Positions 47,943-56,570 of a DNA stretch of 64,000 bases are shown piece after piece. Under the pieces are notes generated by a model. That model was given only the letters and a program-made list of their open reading frames with translations. It did no database searches and was not told the DNA's origin. This stretch comes from Candidatus Micrarchaeota archaeon (GTDB lineage Archaea; Micrarchaeota; Micrarchaeia; Norongarragalinales; Norongarragalinaceae): contig JACQQD010000001.1 in the NCBI GenBank assembly GCA_016207165.1, forward strand, positions 116,643 through 180,642. Direction: 5' to 3'. A program made the translations under genes and the position numbers. Positions within the stretch are counted from its first letter, which is position 1. Every line of letters begins with the position of its first letter.

Positions 47943-48039
47943 GTTGCGGTTTTTAGGGCGACTCAAAAAAACCGCCACCCCGTTTTTTTGGAGTGCGGCT
48001 TTTCGCTATTTTTGCGGCTCTTGAACTTTCCTTACGTTG

Positions 48040-48054
48040 CCCTCCCTCGGCATG
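48040..48054 (+). repeat. attR core CCCTCCCTCGGCATG
   Basis: Exact copy of the tRNA-Met 3' end. Confidence 0.9.
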
Positions 48055-48201
48055 GTCGCCCCGGGGGACACCTGCGCTTCGGCTCCGGTTTCCCCCTGGC
48101 ACGCCCTACGCCTCGCCCCCTTCCTTTTCGATTCGCAGCGCTAAAGTGAGGGAGGGTCAGGAAGAACGTGAAACTGGGGAGGGACGCGTCCTCCGCGGTT
48201 C
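48055..48201. repeat. GC-rich hairpin (REP-like) elements
   Basis: Reverse complement of 48147-48201 resembles 7671-7727. Confidence 0.6.
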
Positions 48202-48260
48202 AGGCATTATACCGTGGGCTCAGATTACTCCCGAAAGTTTGTCAGAATCTACGATCTCAC

Positions 48261-50624
48261 TCAATGTTCATGATTGTATTCTCCCGACAAAATGGATTCC
48301 CGCGCTTCGCGAGCGTTGCGCGCCGGTCCAGAATCAACCGCATCTCCACGATAAACCACGTTGCCGGTTATGCTTAGGGAAATATACCCGTTTTTGTTCG
48401 TGATGCCTCGAAACAAGCCGCGCCCGCACGTGCAGGCATAAAATTTTTCAAAATTAGAAGAGGCACCCAAGCAGTATGCATAATTGTGAATGCCGCCAGG
48501 CACCATTTCATTTGCCCCGGCTTTTTTCCACGTTGCCCCGCCATCCGTTGTTTCCACCACGTTTTCCCCGTGATGGCCAACCACCAGGTGGTCGGGGTTT
48601 TTCGGATCAATAAGGATGTTTTCATAGTTTGGCAGGTGGCCAAAATTGTACAGCCAGCCCAAAAAATCTTCCTCCCGTTCCCCGCCCTCATAGTTGCGGA
48701 TTCCTTTGGTGATCTCTTTCCACGTAGCGCCGCCATCGCGGCTCTGGAATATTCCCCCGTATTTTCCTGATATTTGTTCCTCTGAGGAAAGCTGTCCAAA
48801 AAAGGTGTTGGAAGACGCAATGATGACGTCCGGGTCTGTGGGCGACATCGCCAACCGGTACGTGTATTTCAATTGTTCGTCCACTCCGAGCGGAGTAAAC
48901 CGACGCCCCCCGTCAACGCTCTTGAAAACCCCGCCTCCCAACGCAGACGCATACACGCGTTGGGGATTATGTGGGTTAAAGATAATCGAATAGACTGCAA
49001 AATTGCCAATCCCTTCTGACCTTGTCCAGCTTTCGCCCCCGTCGTTTGATTCCCAAACTCCTTCGCCGGGAGGAGTTTCAGCCACTTCGGCCCCAACACC
49101 GGTCAGGATATGGTTCGAGTTGCTCGGATCTATTGCGATGGCTTCGATGAACGTCGTGGCGCTTCCCGGTTTGTTTTTTTGAGTGAATTGGCTTCTTGCG
49201 TTTGTGGATACCGTGCCCACGAAAAAGCCTTCGCCGCCAAGATACACGCGTGAAAAATCGTGCGGATCAGGCGTTAGTGCCAGAACAAAATGGTCCGTCG
49301 CCACACGTCGATATCCCTCGCCGCCATTTTTTGACCAATAAAACCCAAGCCGATCCCATGTCCCAACATAAATTTCATTCCCGTCGTCCGGATTGACGTG
49401 CACTTCGCGTGTAGCTATTGAAACAATGCCTCGGTTCAATTCCTCGAACGTGTTGCCATTATCCGGAGAGACATAAACGCCATTGCCACCTGCGCCGACA
49501 TATATTTTTCCATCCAGCGGCACGATTTCCCCGATCCAGTCGCGAGGCAATCCTTTGGATTCTGCCCTCTGGAATGAGGTGCCATCGGTTGAAGCCCAGA
49601 GCGTAGGGTCGGGGTCCCATGTTCCAATAAAAAGGGTTGTGCCATCCGTTCCAAGACCGGTGACCTCGTGAAACACCTCTTGAAGTTCAGGAACTTTCTC
49701 CCACGATAGGCCATCGTTTGCCAGGCGGTACAGGCTTCCCCCCGTGCGGGTGTTGTACTGCAGTCGCGCGCCAAGCAAGTACAACCGATTCTTGAAAACC
49801 AAAAAACGCCCCGTAGCTAAACTCTCAAGCCCGTCATTGAACGCGACCCAGCTTTTTCCTTTGTCAGAAGAAACGAAAACGCCATCGTCCACCGTGCCGA
49901 GGTACATTTTCGAATCGAAAAACAAAACGTGATTAAAGTCGTAATGCTTGTCAAAAACGAAGCGTTTTTCCCAATGTTCTCCTCCATCATTTGAAACGAC
50001 AAGCATGCTGGTCTGGTCATGTGTGTGGCCGGGTAGATACACTATTTGATGGTCATCGGGGTCAACCGCTAGCGTATGGGAATTAAAATTGTCAGCCTGA
50101 ATGTCCCTCATAATTTGTCTGCAAAGGCCTTCCCAATTCCCCCCGTTATTCGTCGTTCGTGCGGCGCATGCGATCATTTCAGGAACATACACGATGCGCG
50201 TGTCGCTTGGATCTTCAACGATATCAAACGCCCTGTTCTCCGGGATGCCGCGCCCAATCGCGATCTGTTTCCACCATCCCTCTTTTTTTTGAAGTTCGTA
50301 GATGCCGCCGGAATACAGCGACGCCCATACCGTTCCATGGTGGGGAATCATGCGAATCACGGTCCCGCCCAGAGGTCCTGCCGTCTGTGTCCAACCGGGT
50401 TTATCTTGATTCGGGGGAAGCGTGAACGCCGAGTCATCGGTTTGCTCCGGGCTTCCTTCATCGGTTTCAGGCAACGCCGTTTGGCCGGATTCACTAGAAT
50501 CTTCAAATCCACCCGAATCTTTTTGAGGAAGCGTCTTTTGCTCTTGAATGCACCCCGAAAGAAGGAGAGAACTGATGAGAATGACGACGGCAAACGTAAT
50601 TGTCACATTCTTTTTTTTGTTCAT
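48261..50624 (-). CDS. Lipoprotein with BNR/Asp-box repeats (VPS10/GH74-like beta-propeller)
   Basis: LLSGC lipobox; many S.DGG..W repeats. Confidence 0.85.
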   Translation of the reverse strand: MNKKKNVTITFAVVILISSLLLSGCIQEQKTLPQKDSGGFEDSSESGQTALPETDEGSPEQTDDSAFTLPPNQDKPGWTQTAGPLGGTVIRMIPHHGTVWASLYSGGIYELQKKEGWWKQIAIGRGIPENRAFDIVEDPSDTRIVYVPEMIACAARTTNNGGNWEGLCRQIMRDIQADNFNSHTLAVDPDDHQIVYLPGHTHDQTSMLVVSNDGGEHWEKRFVFDKHYDFNHVLFFDSKMYLGTVDDGVFVSSDKGKSWVAFNDGLESLATGRFLVFKNRLYLLGARLQYNTRTGGSLYRLANDGLSWEKVPELQEVFHEVTGLGTDGTTLFIGTWDPDPTLWASTDGTSFQRAESKGLPRDWIGEIVPLDGKIYVGAGGNGVYVSPDNGNTFEELNRGIVSIATREVHVNPDDGNEIYVGTWDRLGFYWSKNGGEGYRRVATDHFVLALTPDPHDFSRVYLGGEGFFVGTVSTNARSQFTQKNKPGSATTFIEAIAIDPSNSNHILTGVGAEVAETPPGEGVWESNDGGESWTRSEGIGNFAVYSIIFNPHNPQRVYASALGGGVFKSVDGGRRFTPLGVDEQLKYTYRLAMSPTDPDVIIASSNTFFGQLSSEEQISGKYGGIFQSRDGGATWKEITKGIRNYEGGEREEDFLGWLYNFGHLPNYENILIDPKNPDHLVVGHHGENVVETTDGGATWKKAGANEMVPGGIHNYAYCLGASSNFEKFYACTCGRGLFRGITNKNGYISLSITGNVVYRGDAVDSGPARNAREARESILSGEYNHEH

Positions 50625-50725
50625 ATCAGGTACGAAGAGGGTTGTGTGCGTTTTCCGCTTTTAAGGTGTCCTCTAGTTTACACGTGATAGGCTTTGCTTC
50701 TTCCCGTTGGTTTTGGTTTTTCCAC

Positions 50726-51238
50726 TCAGCCCTGATCCCACTGGTCGCGCAGGAAGTCTTGTGGGGGGCGCCTTGGGGCGGAGTCACGGCCTTCTTGCGC
50801 GGCCCGCATTTGTTCTTTCAGCCGTTGGGCTTCTTCTTTCCGTTTTCCTGCTTTTTTTTCCCGCATTTTTCTGATTTCTTCCGCCAAGGTGGGGTTGGCT
50901 TTTGCCCAGTGCGGGTCGACGTAGAAAACCAAGTGATGCTTTCGATTTGACGGGGTTGGATTGTATATGATGCCGACGCCGCTTTCTTCGTTTTCGTAGC
51001 GGTGCGTGCCGTCGGGCAGGGTTTGGTGTACGAACTTTTCTTTGAACTCCCAGAACTTCAGTGCGGCTTCAATTCTGCCCAAGGTTTCTTGCGTGGGATT
51101 GTCCAGCCGGTAATAGAATGCTTGTTGCGGCCGTCTAAACGGGCTTTTGATGCGTTTGAGGGGTTCCGTGTCGGTCAGTTGCAGGCCGTACATTTTTCCA
51201 TTGGGTTGGTGAATGGCGTCTACGACTTCGTCCAGCAT
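50726..51238 (-). CDS. Hypothetical protein
   Basis: 170-aa ORF. Confidence 0.55.
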   Translation of the reverse strand: MLDEVVDAIHQPNGKMYGLQLTDTEPLKRIKSPFRRPQQAFYYRLDNPTQETLGRIEAALKFWEFKEKFVHQTLPDGTHRYENEESGVGIIYNPTPSNRKHHLVFYVDPHWAKANPTLAEEIRKMREKKAGKRKEEAQRLKEQMRAAQEGRDSAPRRPPQDFLRDQWDQG

Positions 51239-51285
51239 GGTTGTCTTTGCGTCGCTTTTGAGTTAAAACTCTTCTTGTCTGTTAT

Positions 51286-51987
51286 TTACGTGTCCAGGTC
51301 CCACAACACGATTTCGCCGGTTCCCTCCAAAACCAGTTGGTCTTGGCTGGCCATGCGGACGGCGTCGCCGGTTTGCAGTTTCTCTTCGTTGGCGGTGATG
51401 GTTCCTTCGACGACAAACAGAAAGCCGAGGCGGTGGGGTTGGAATTCGTGTTCGAGTTTGTTGTGGTTCAGTTGGGCGATGTAGAGCGAGGCGTCTTGGT
51501 GGATTTGGACGGGTGCCAGCGTACCAGGCTGGCCGGAGGCGGTTAAGAGCCACTTGTTTTTCCGGTCTTTTTCCTTGAAGTTTTTCTGGCCATAGTTTGG
51601 TTTCAAGCCGTTGCGTTGGGGCAAGACCCACATCTGCACGAGGTGCACGGGTTGGTTTGAGTCGTTGTATTCGGCGTGTACCACGCCCGTGCCCGCGGTC
51701 ATGTATTGGATGCCGCCTTTGGAGACGGCGCCTTTGTTTCCCATAGAGTCGCGGTGGGTTAGTTTTCCGTCTAATACGTACGTGATGATTTCCATGTTTT
51801 GGTGGGGGTGTTCGTCAAAGCCTCTTCCCGGGGACATGACGTCGTCGTTGAACACGCGGAGCGGACCCCAGTTCATGTATTTGGGGTCGTGGTAGTTTGC
51901 AAAGGAAAACGAGTAGTGCGTGTCGAGCCACCCCAAGTTGGCGTGGTGGCGGTTTCCGCTTTTCTGGATGGCGAAGATTTTTTCGAT
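51286..51987 (-). CDS. Pirin family protein (start codon uncertain)
   Basis: GWL...SFSFA.Y, GF..HPH.NMEI.TYV, H.DSMG, MTAGTGV.H.E. Confidence 0.9.
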   Translation of the reverse strand: MEKIFAIQKSGNRHHANLGWLDTHYSFSFANYHDPKYMNWGPLRVFNDDVMSPGRGFDEHPHQNMEIITYVLDGKLTHRDSMGNKGAVSKGGIQYMTAGTGVVHAEYNDSNQPVHLVQMWVLPQRNGLKPNYGQKNFKEKDRKNKWLLTASGQPGTLAPVQIHQDASLYIAQLNHNKLEHEFQPHRLGFLFVVEGTITANEEKLQTGDAVRMASQDQLVLEGTGEIVLWDLDT

Positions 51988-52079
51988 GGTTTTGTTCGGG
52001 CTTGCTTGCTATTTATCTTCGCGGCATTTCCGGGTTTTTTCAGATTCGTTTATTTATGCGGCGCGCGTTCTGGGTTTGC

Positions 52080-52808
52080 ATGGCGAAAAACGGCCGGTAC
52101 TTCGACTTGGAGGGACACCTCAAAAAGGAGCACGGGGGACTTGCGGCATCGCTGAGGGAATTCATTTTGGGCTGGCAGGACGGCCTCGTGAACGTGTTGG
52201 GCATTGTCTTGGGCGTGGCCGCGGCGACCCATGACGGCCGCATCGTCGTCATCGCGGGGTTGGCGGCCACGTTCGCGGAGAGCGTGTCCATGGCGGCGGT
52301 GGCGTACACGTCGACCAAGGCGGAGAGCGATTACTACCAGAGCCAGTTGGAAAAAGAGCGGGAGTGGATTGAACGCCGGCCGAAGGACGAGAGGGCGGAG
52401 GTGCGGGAAGTGTATTACCGCAAGGGCTTCCGCGGCAAACTGCTGGACCAAATCGTGGGGAAAATCACGTCCGACAAGAACGTTTGGCTGGATTTCATGA
52501 TGACGGAAGAGCTGCGTTTGGAGCCGGTGCCGGCGGGCAAACCGGTGCGGGACGCTGGGGTGGTTGGCGTGTCCGCCGTCATCGGTTCGCTCATTCCGTT
52601 GGCGGCGTTTTTTGTTTGGCCGGTGGCTTCCGCCGTTCCGGCGTCCGTAGCGGTTTCGCTTTTGTCCTTGTTCGTGGTGGGCGCGTTCAAGGCGAAAAAG
52701 ACGGTGGGAAGCCCCGTGCGGGAGGGGTTGGAGATGATGGTGGTGGGCGGTTTGGCCGCGGTGGTCGGCTACGCGGTGGGCGCCGCCGCGGGCGTCGTGT
52801 TGTCGTAA
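52080..52808 (+). CDS. VIT1/CCC1 Fe/Mn transporter
   Basis: LREFILG.QDGLV, SMAA..Y.S, MM.EEL, IPL. Confidence 0.9.
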   Translation: MAKNGRYFDLEGHLKKEHGGLAASLREFILGWQDGLVNVLGIVLGVAAATHDGRIVVIAGLAATFAESVSMAAVAYTSTKAESDYYQSQLEKEREWIERRPKDERAEVREVYYRKGFRGKLLDQIVGKITSDKNVWLDFMMTEELRLEPVPAGKPVRDAGVVGVSAVIGSLIPLAAFFVWPVASAVPASVAVSLLSLFVVGAFKAKKTVGSPVREGLEMMVVGGLAAVVGYAVGAAAGVVLS

Positions 52809-52853
52809 GGCTTTTAATAGATTCAGCGGCTTGATTTCTTTGGGTGTAAGGAC

Positions 52854-53069
52854 ATGAAGGCGGAGTTAAGCAAACACAAGGCGTTCTCGATTCTCGACAC
52901 GGTTCTCGCGGTGTTGGCCCTGGTTTTGGGTGTGGCGTTCGTGTTGAGCGGCTTGGGGTTGGATTTCGCGCGGGCGATCATCGGTCCGTTGACGTCCGGA
53001 GGTTTGGGCTTGGTCGTCGGCGTCGTGTTTTTGGTTTACGCGTTGCGGTTCTTCAACGTGATGCGTTGA
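52854..53069 (+). CDS. Small two-TM protein
   Basis: Hydrophobic ORF. Confidence 0.55.
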   Translation: MKAELSKHKAFSILDTVLAVLALVLGVAFVLSGLGLDFARAIIGPLTSGGLGLVVGVVFLVYALRFFNVMR

Positions 53070-53070
53070 A

Positions 53071-53478
53071 TCACTTGACCACGAGCACGCTGGAAGGCGC
53101 GCGGTTGACGAGTTTTTCCGAGACGCTGCCCAGAACCATTTTTTCAAGTCCTCCCACGCCCCGGTGGCCGACGACAAGCAGGTCGTAGTTTTTGGCTTCT
53201 TCGAGGATGGCGTCGGCGGGGTTGCGGGCGGCCAAAACCAGGGTGTCGTATTTCACGTCTTGGGTTTGGGCTTTGGCTTCAAGGGTTTCAAATACGGTTT
53301 CGGCTTTTTTTTGCTTGAGGGCGTCGACGTGCTGGGAAGACAGCGGGTGGGGTGCCTTGATGGTGATGACGTGCACGAAGGTCACGTGCGCCCCGGTTTT
53401 GGCGGCCAGGGCAATGCCGGTTTTGGCGGCTTTTTCGGCGGGGGCGGAGCCGTCGGAGGCAATCAGTATTTTCTCCAT
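53071..53478 (-). CDS. Universal stress protein
   Basis: KILIASDGS, DLLVVGHRG, LGSVSEK. Confidence 0.92.
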   Translation of the reverse strand: MEKILIASDGSAPAEKAAKTGIALAAKTGAHVTFVHVITIKAPHPLSSQHVDALKQKKAETVFETLEAKAQTQDVKYDTLVLAARNPADAILEEAKNYDLLVVGHRGVGGLEKMVLGSVSEKLVNRAPSSVLVVK

Positions 53479-53504
53479 GAATGCTTTGGCGGGGGCGTTG
53501 GCTA

Positions 53505-54866
53505 TTAATGGTAATGCACGTGGTCGTTTTCCTCGCGCAACGGCGTAAACGCAATGCCTTGGTCCTGAGAGCCGAAGCGCAAGAATTCCACCCATTGCAG
53601 GCGGAGGCTTTGCAGGAACACCAAGAGGGCGCCGAATACCAGAAGCAGGGTGCCGAGGATGAGAAACGCCACGGCCGCAATGACGAGGCCTAAGGGTTGT
53701 CGGGCCGCGGTTTTGAGGGATTCAGCCAGGATTTGCGCGATGAGCAGGTGCACAATCGCCAGGGCGCCCAGGCGCAAGTAGGACGCGAGGCTGGAGGCCA
53801 ACGCCAATATTTCCTTGAAGAAAAACCACTTCTTGGCGTACGCCAGTCCAAGCACTCCCAGTGCGCTTAACGCCAGGCTTTCCGGCATCCAGGAATACGC
53901 CGCCAATCCCCCGATGACGGCCATCACGCTTGACCCGTAGAGTTTTTGTTTGCCGAAGAGTTGGCTTAACCCGGAGAGGAACAGGTGCGCCAGGCCGGCG
54001 GCGACGGACACGTACAAGAGTTGCGTGAGGTTGTGGACGGCGGCGTTTTCGCTGTTCACGGAGAATCCGAAGAATTCCCCGAAGTACAACCCAAATGCGA
54101 TGGTGGATAACGCCGCGTAGATGAGGATGGCGTTGAGCGATTTTTGCGCGGGGTTGTTTTTGGTGGTCAATGCATAACCGGCCCCGGCCAACAGCAAAAG
54201 CGCCAACCCGTAGCCCGCGTCGGCGAACATGAACCCGAAAAAAAGCGTGAAGCTCAATGCGATGGCGGGCGTGGGGTCGACTTCGTCATGCGCCGGCACG
54301 CGAAAATTGGTGGTCAGGACTTCAAAGGGTTTCAGCCAAGCCGGGTTGTCAAGTCGCGTGGGCGGCTGGTCTTTTTCGTCGGCGTCCTGTTCGTACGCGT
54401 CGTATTTGCGTTTGATCCAATCCAGATCGTCTGTTTTTGGGTCAAACCAAAACCCCAACACCAGGGTCTTCTGGGTTTTCCCTCCCAGCGATTTGGTTTT
54501 CTCCACAGCCCGTGCGTCTTGGAGTTGTTCGCGAAGCGCCGTGGCGGCAAAACCCGTGGGCTTTTTTTCGGCTTGTTTCAGGAGCGCGTCCGCGAATTGG
54601 CGTTTTACGAATTGGATGCGGTGGCTTTTCGGTCCCAAGAGTCCTTCCGAGAGCATGTCTTGGGCTTTGGGTGTAGGGAGTCTGGATAGGGCGTCTTGGA
54701 CTTGTTTTTCTTTTGTTTCGACGGGTTCAAGTTCCGGGAGCTTGAAGGGGTCCTTCACGTCGAAAAAATGCGCGAAGCCTTTCGCTTGCATTTCCTGAAG
54801 GAATTCGTCCACGTCTTCAAGCGGCAAGTGCACGTAGGCTTTCTTCAGGCGGGCGGGAAGGAACAT
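53505..54866 (-). CDS. Short, stand-alone A/V-type ATPase subunit I-like protein
   Basis: PPT.L.NP, EVDPT, FGFMFADAGYG, SYLRL.AL, LRLQWVEF. Confidence 0.85.
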   Translation of the reverse strand: MFLPARLKKAYVHLPLEDVDEFLQEMQAKGFAHFFDVKDPFKLPELEPVETKEKQVQDALSRLPTPKAQDMLSEGLLGPKSHRIQFVKRQFADALLKQAEKKPTGFAATALREQLQDARAVEKTKSLGGKTQKTLVLGFWFDPKTDDLDWIKRKYDAYEQDADEKDQPPTRLDNPAWLKPFEVLTTNFRVPAHDEVDPTPAIALSFTLFFGFMFADAGYGLALLLLAGAGYALTTKNNPAQKSLNAILIYAALSTIAFGLYFGEFFGFSVNSENAAVHNLTQLLYVSVAAGLAHLFLSGLSQLFGKQKLYGSSVMAVIGGLAAYSWMPESLALSALGVLGLAYAKKWFFFKEILALASSLASYLRLGALAIVHLLIAQILAESLKTAARQPLGLVIAAVAFLILGTLLLVFGALLVFLQSLRLQWVEFLRFGSQDQGIAFTPLREENDHVHYH

Positions 54867-55003
54867 GATTATGAGGATGTGAGTTTCGCGGTTAAACCAT
54901 GGCGGATTCACCGGCCAGGAGGCCTCCCGACGTTTAAATGCGGGTTCTGGCTGGAGACACTAGAGGAAAACCGTTAAAAGCAATCTTGTTTATCAAGTTT
55001 ATC

Positions 55004-55288
55004 ATGGTGGATGTGTTGATTCGAAACGTGGACCCGGATATGTATGCGCGTTTCAAAAGCGATGCGGCGGCAAGAAAGCTGACGTTGGCTGAGGAGCTCA
55101 AGCTGGCCTTTGAGAGTTTGGCCGTGAAAAAGGGTTTGGGCAAGGACTTGCTGGATTTGCCGGTATACCGCGGGCCTCTTCGCGTCAAAAATCCCAGCGA
55201 GCGCGTGGATGAACTTTTTGCCAAGGCTGCTTACGATGATTATCTTAGACTCCAGCGTGGTCATCGCGCTCGCACTCGAAAGCGATAG
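55004..55288 (+). CDS. Antitoxin (FitA/VapB-like)
   Basis: LIRNVD...Y.RFK..A; SE.VDE.F; overlaps the PIN gene. Confidence 0.75.
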   Translation: MVDVLIRNVDPDMYARFKSDAAARKLTLAEELKLAFESLAVKKGLGKDLLDLPVYRGPLRVKNPSERVDELFAKAAYDDYLRLQRGHRARTRKR

Positions 55289-55616
55289 GCAGCATCAGCG
55301 CGCCAAGGCGCTGGTTTCAGGGCTTTTGGAGCCAGTGGGCGTACCCAACGCAGTTTTGGTCGAGTCGTTGGGCGTTCTTTGGCCGCTGCTTCGGGACTCG
55401 CGGTTTCTTTCCGAGTGGTGCAACGCGCTTTCAAAGCGATTTGACGTGGTGGCTGAACCTGCGGAAGTGGTTCAAAACGCGCTGAACCGATACGCTGACG
55501 AGCACAAGCGTTTCAGTCTGGTGGACTGCGAACTCATTGAATGGAAGAAAACCACGGGTTTCGACGTGCTGACGTTTGACGGGGGGCTGGAGAAGGAATT
55601 GTTGCAAATCAAGTAA
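55236..55616 (+). CDS. vapC: VapC PIN-domain toxin
   Basis: IILDSSV.IA...D.QH, SLVDC, LTFD. Confidence 0.88.
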   Translation: MIILDSSVVIALALESDRQHQRAKALVSGLLEPVGVPNAVLVESLGVLWPLLRDSRFLSEWCNALSKRFDVVAEPAEVVQNALNRYADEHKRFSLVDCELIEWKKTTGFDVLTFDGGLEKELLQIK

Positions 55617-55811
55617 CCCGGTTTACTTTTTTTCCTTGATTTTTTCTGATTTTCTCGTATGCGACGACAATCATGCCCGCCACGACGCCGGACACGATGC
55701 CGATTATTGTTTGATTTTTACAATCATCTGCAAGTGGAGAAACTAAAACGAGTACCAGCGCAAGTAACGTTAACGTCGCAATTAGGATTGCGTCTCTGAT
55801 TGGTGAAAGTT

Positions 55812-56513
55812 CTAGTCTTTGAGTGCTTCCCACAGAATTTCTTCCTTGGAGTTGATTTGGAGGCCGTTGTCGTTGATTTCCACGGGGTGGACTCTTTTGT
55901 CGTGGTTGGTGCCCCGCATCTTGCGAATGAACATGGAGCGGTGCGGCGGGATGTACAACAGTTGAACGACGCCGTCGACGAGGAATTCCTCGACGCCGAA
56001 GCGCGACACCTGGCTTTTGCGTCCGTCGGTTTCGCACGTCAAAATCGTGGTGCAGTCGATTTTGCGGAGTTCTTCGACCAAAATGTAGATGGCGTAGCGG
56101 ATTTTCGACAAGTCGTCGATCCAAAAACTGAAAGCGGTGATAGAGTCGATGACCATGCGTTTGGCGTTCATGGCCTTGGCCTTGTCCACGATGCGCCGCA
56201 CCTGGTTTTCAACGTCGTTTTTCATGTCAAGGGAAGGTTCAAACTTGTAGATCTTGAGTTTGTTGGCTTTCTCTAAAGGTAAAAGGTCCCAGTGGAAGCG
56301 TTGCATGTTCCACCACAAGTTGTGCGGCCCTTCCTCCATGGTGATGTAGACGCCGGGTTCGTCGTGGATTTTCGCGCCGTTGTAGAGGTATTCCAAGCAG
56401 AAGATGCTTTTGCCTGTGCCCGCGCCGCCGGAAACCAGGATGGACGAGGTTTCGGGAAAACCGCCTTCAATGAGTTCGTCCAACCCCGCAATGCCGGTGG
56501 GTATGCGCTTCAT
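55812..56513 (-). CDS. Single-domain KaiC/RAD55-family ATPase
   Basis: PTGIAGLD, GGAGTGKS, VIDS, EEFLVDGV, KMRGT.H. Confidence 0.92.
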   Translation of the reverse strand: MKRIPTGIAGLDELIEGGFPETSSILVSGGAGTGKSIFCLEYLYNGAKIHDEPGVYITMEEGPHNLWWNMQRFHWDLLPLEKANKLKIYKFEPSLDMKNDVENQVRRIVDKAKAMNAKRMVIDSITAFSFWIDDLSKIRYAIYILVEELRKIDCTTILTCETDGRKSQVSRFGVEEFLVDGVVQLLYIPPHRSMFIRKMRGTNHDKRVHPVEINDNGLQINSKEEILWEALKD

Positions 56514-56570
56514 GAAGAAAGCAGGCGCCTGCCGCTATAAAGGGATTTTGTTAACTGCGTTTACTTGGCG

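Larger units (their letters stand above)
36359..48054. mobile_element. ~11.7 kb provirus, probable tailless icosahedral (double jelly-roll) archaeal virus, integrated in tRNA-Met
   Basis: att direct repeats, integrase, packaging ATPase, capsid-like and membrane genes. Confidence 0.85.

Noticed and set aside
55609-56124. 171-aa minus ORF
   Set aside because: It mostly overlaps the KaiC gene; only a ~60-aa hydrophobic tail is plausible, and its start is not identifiable
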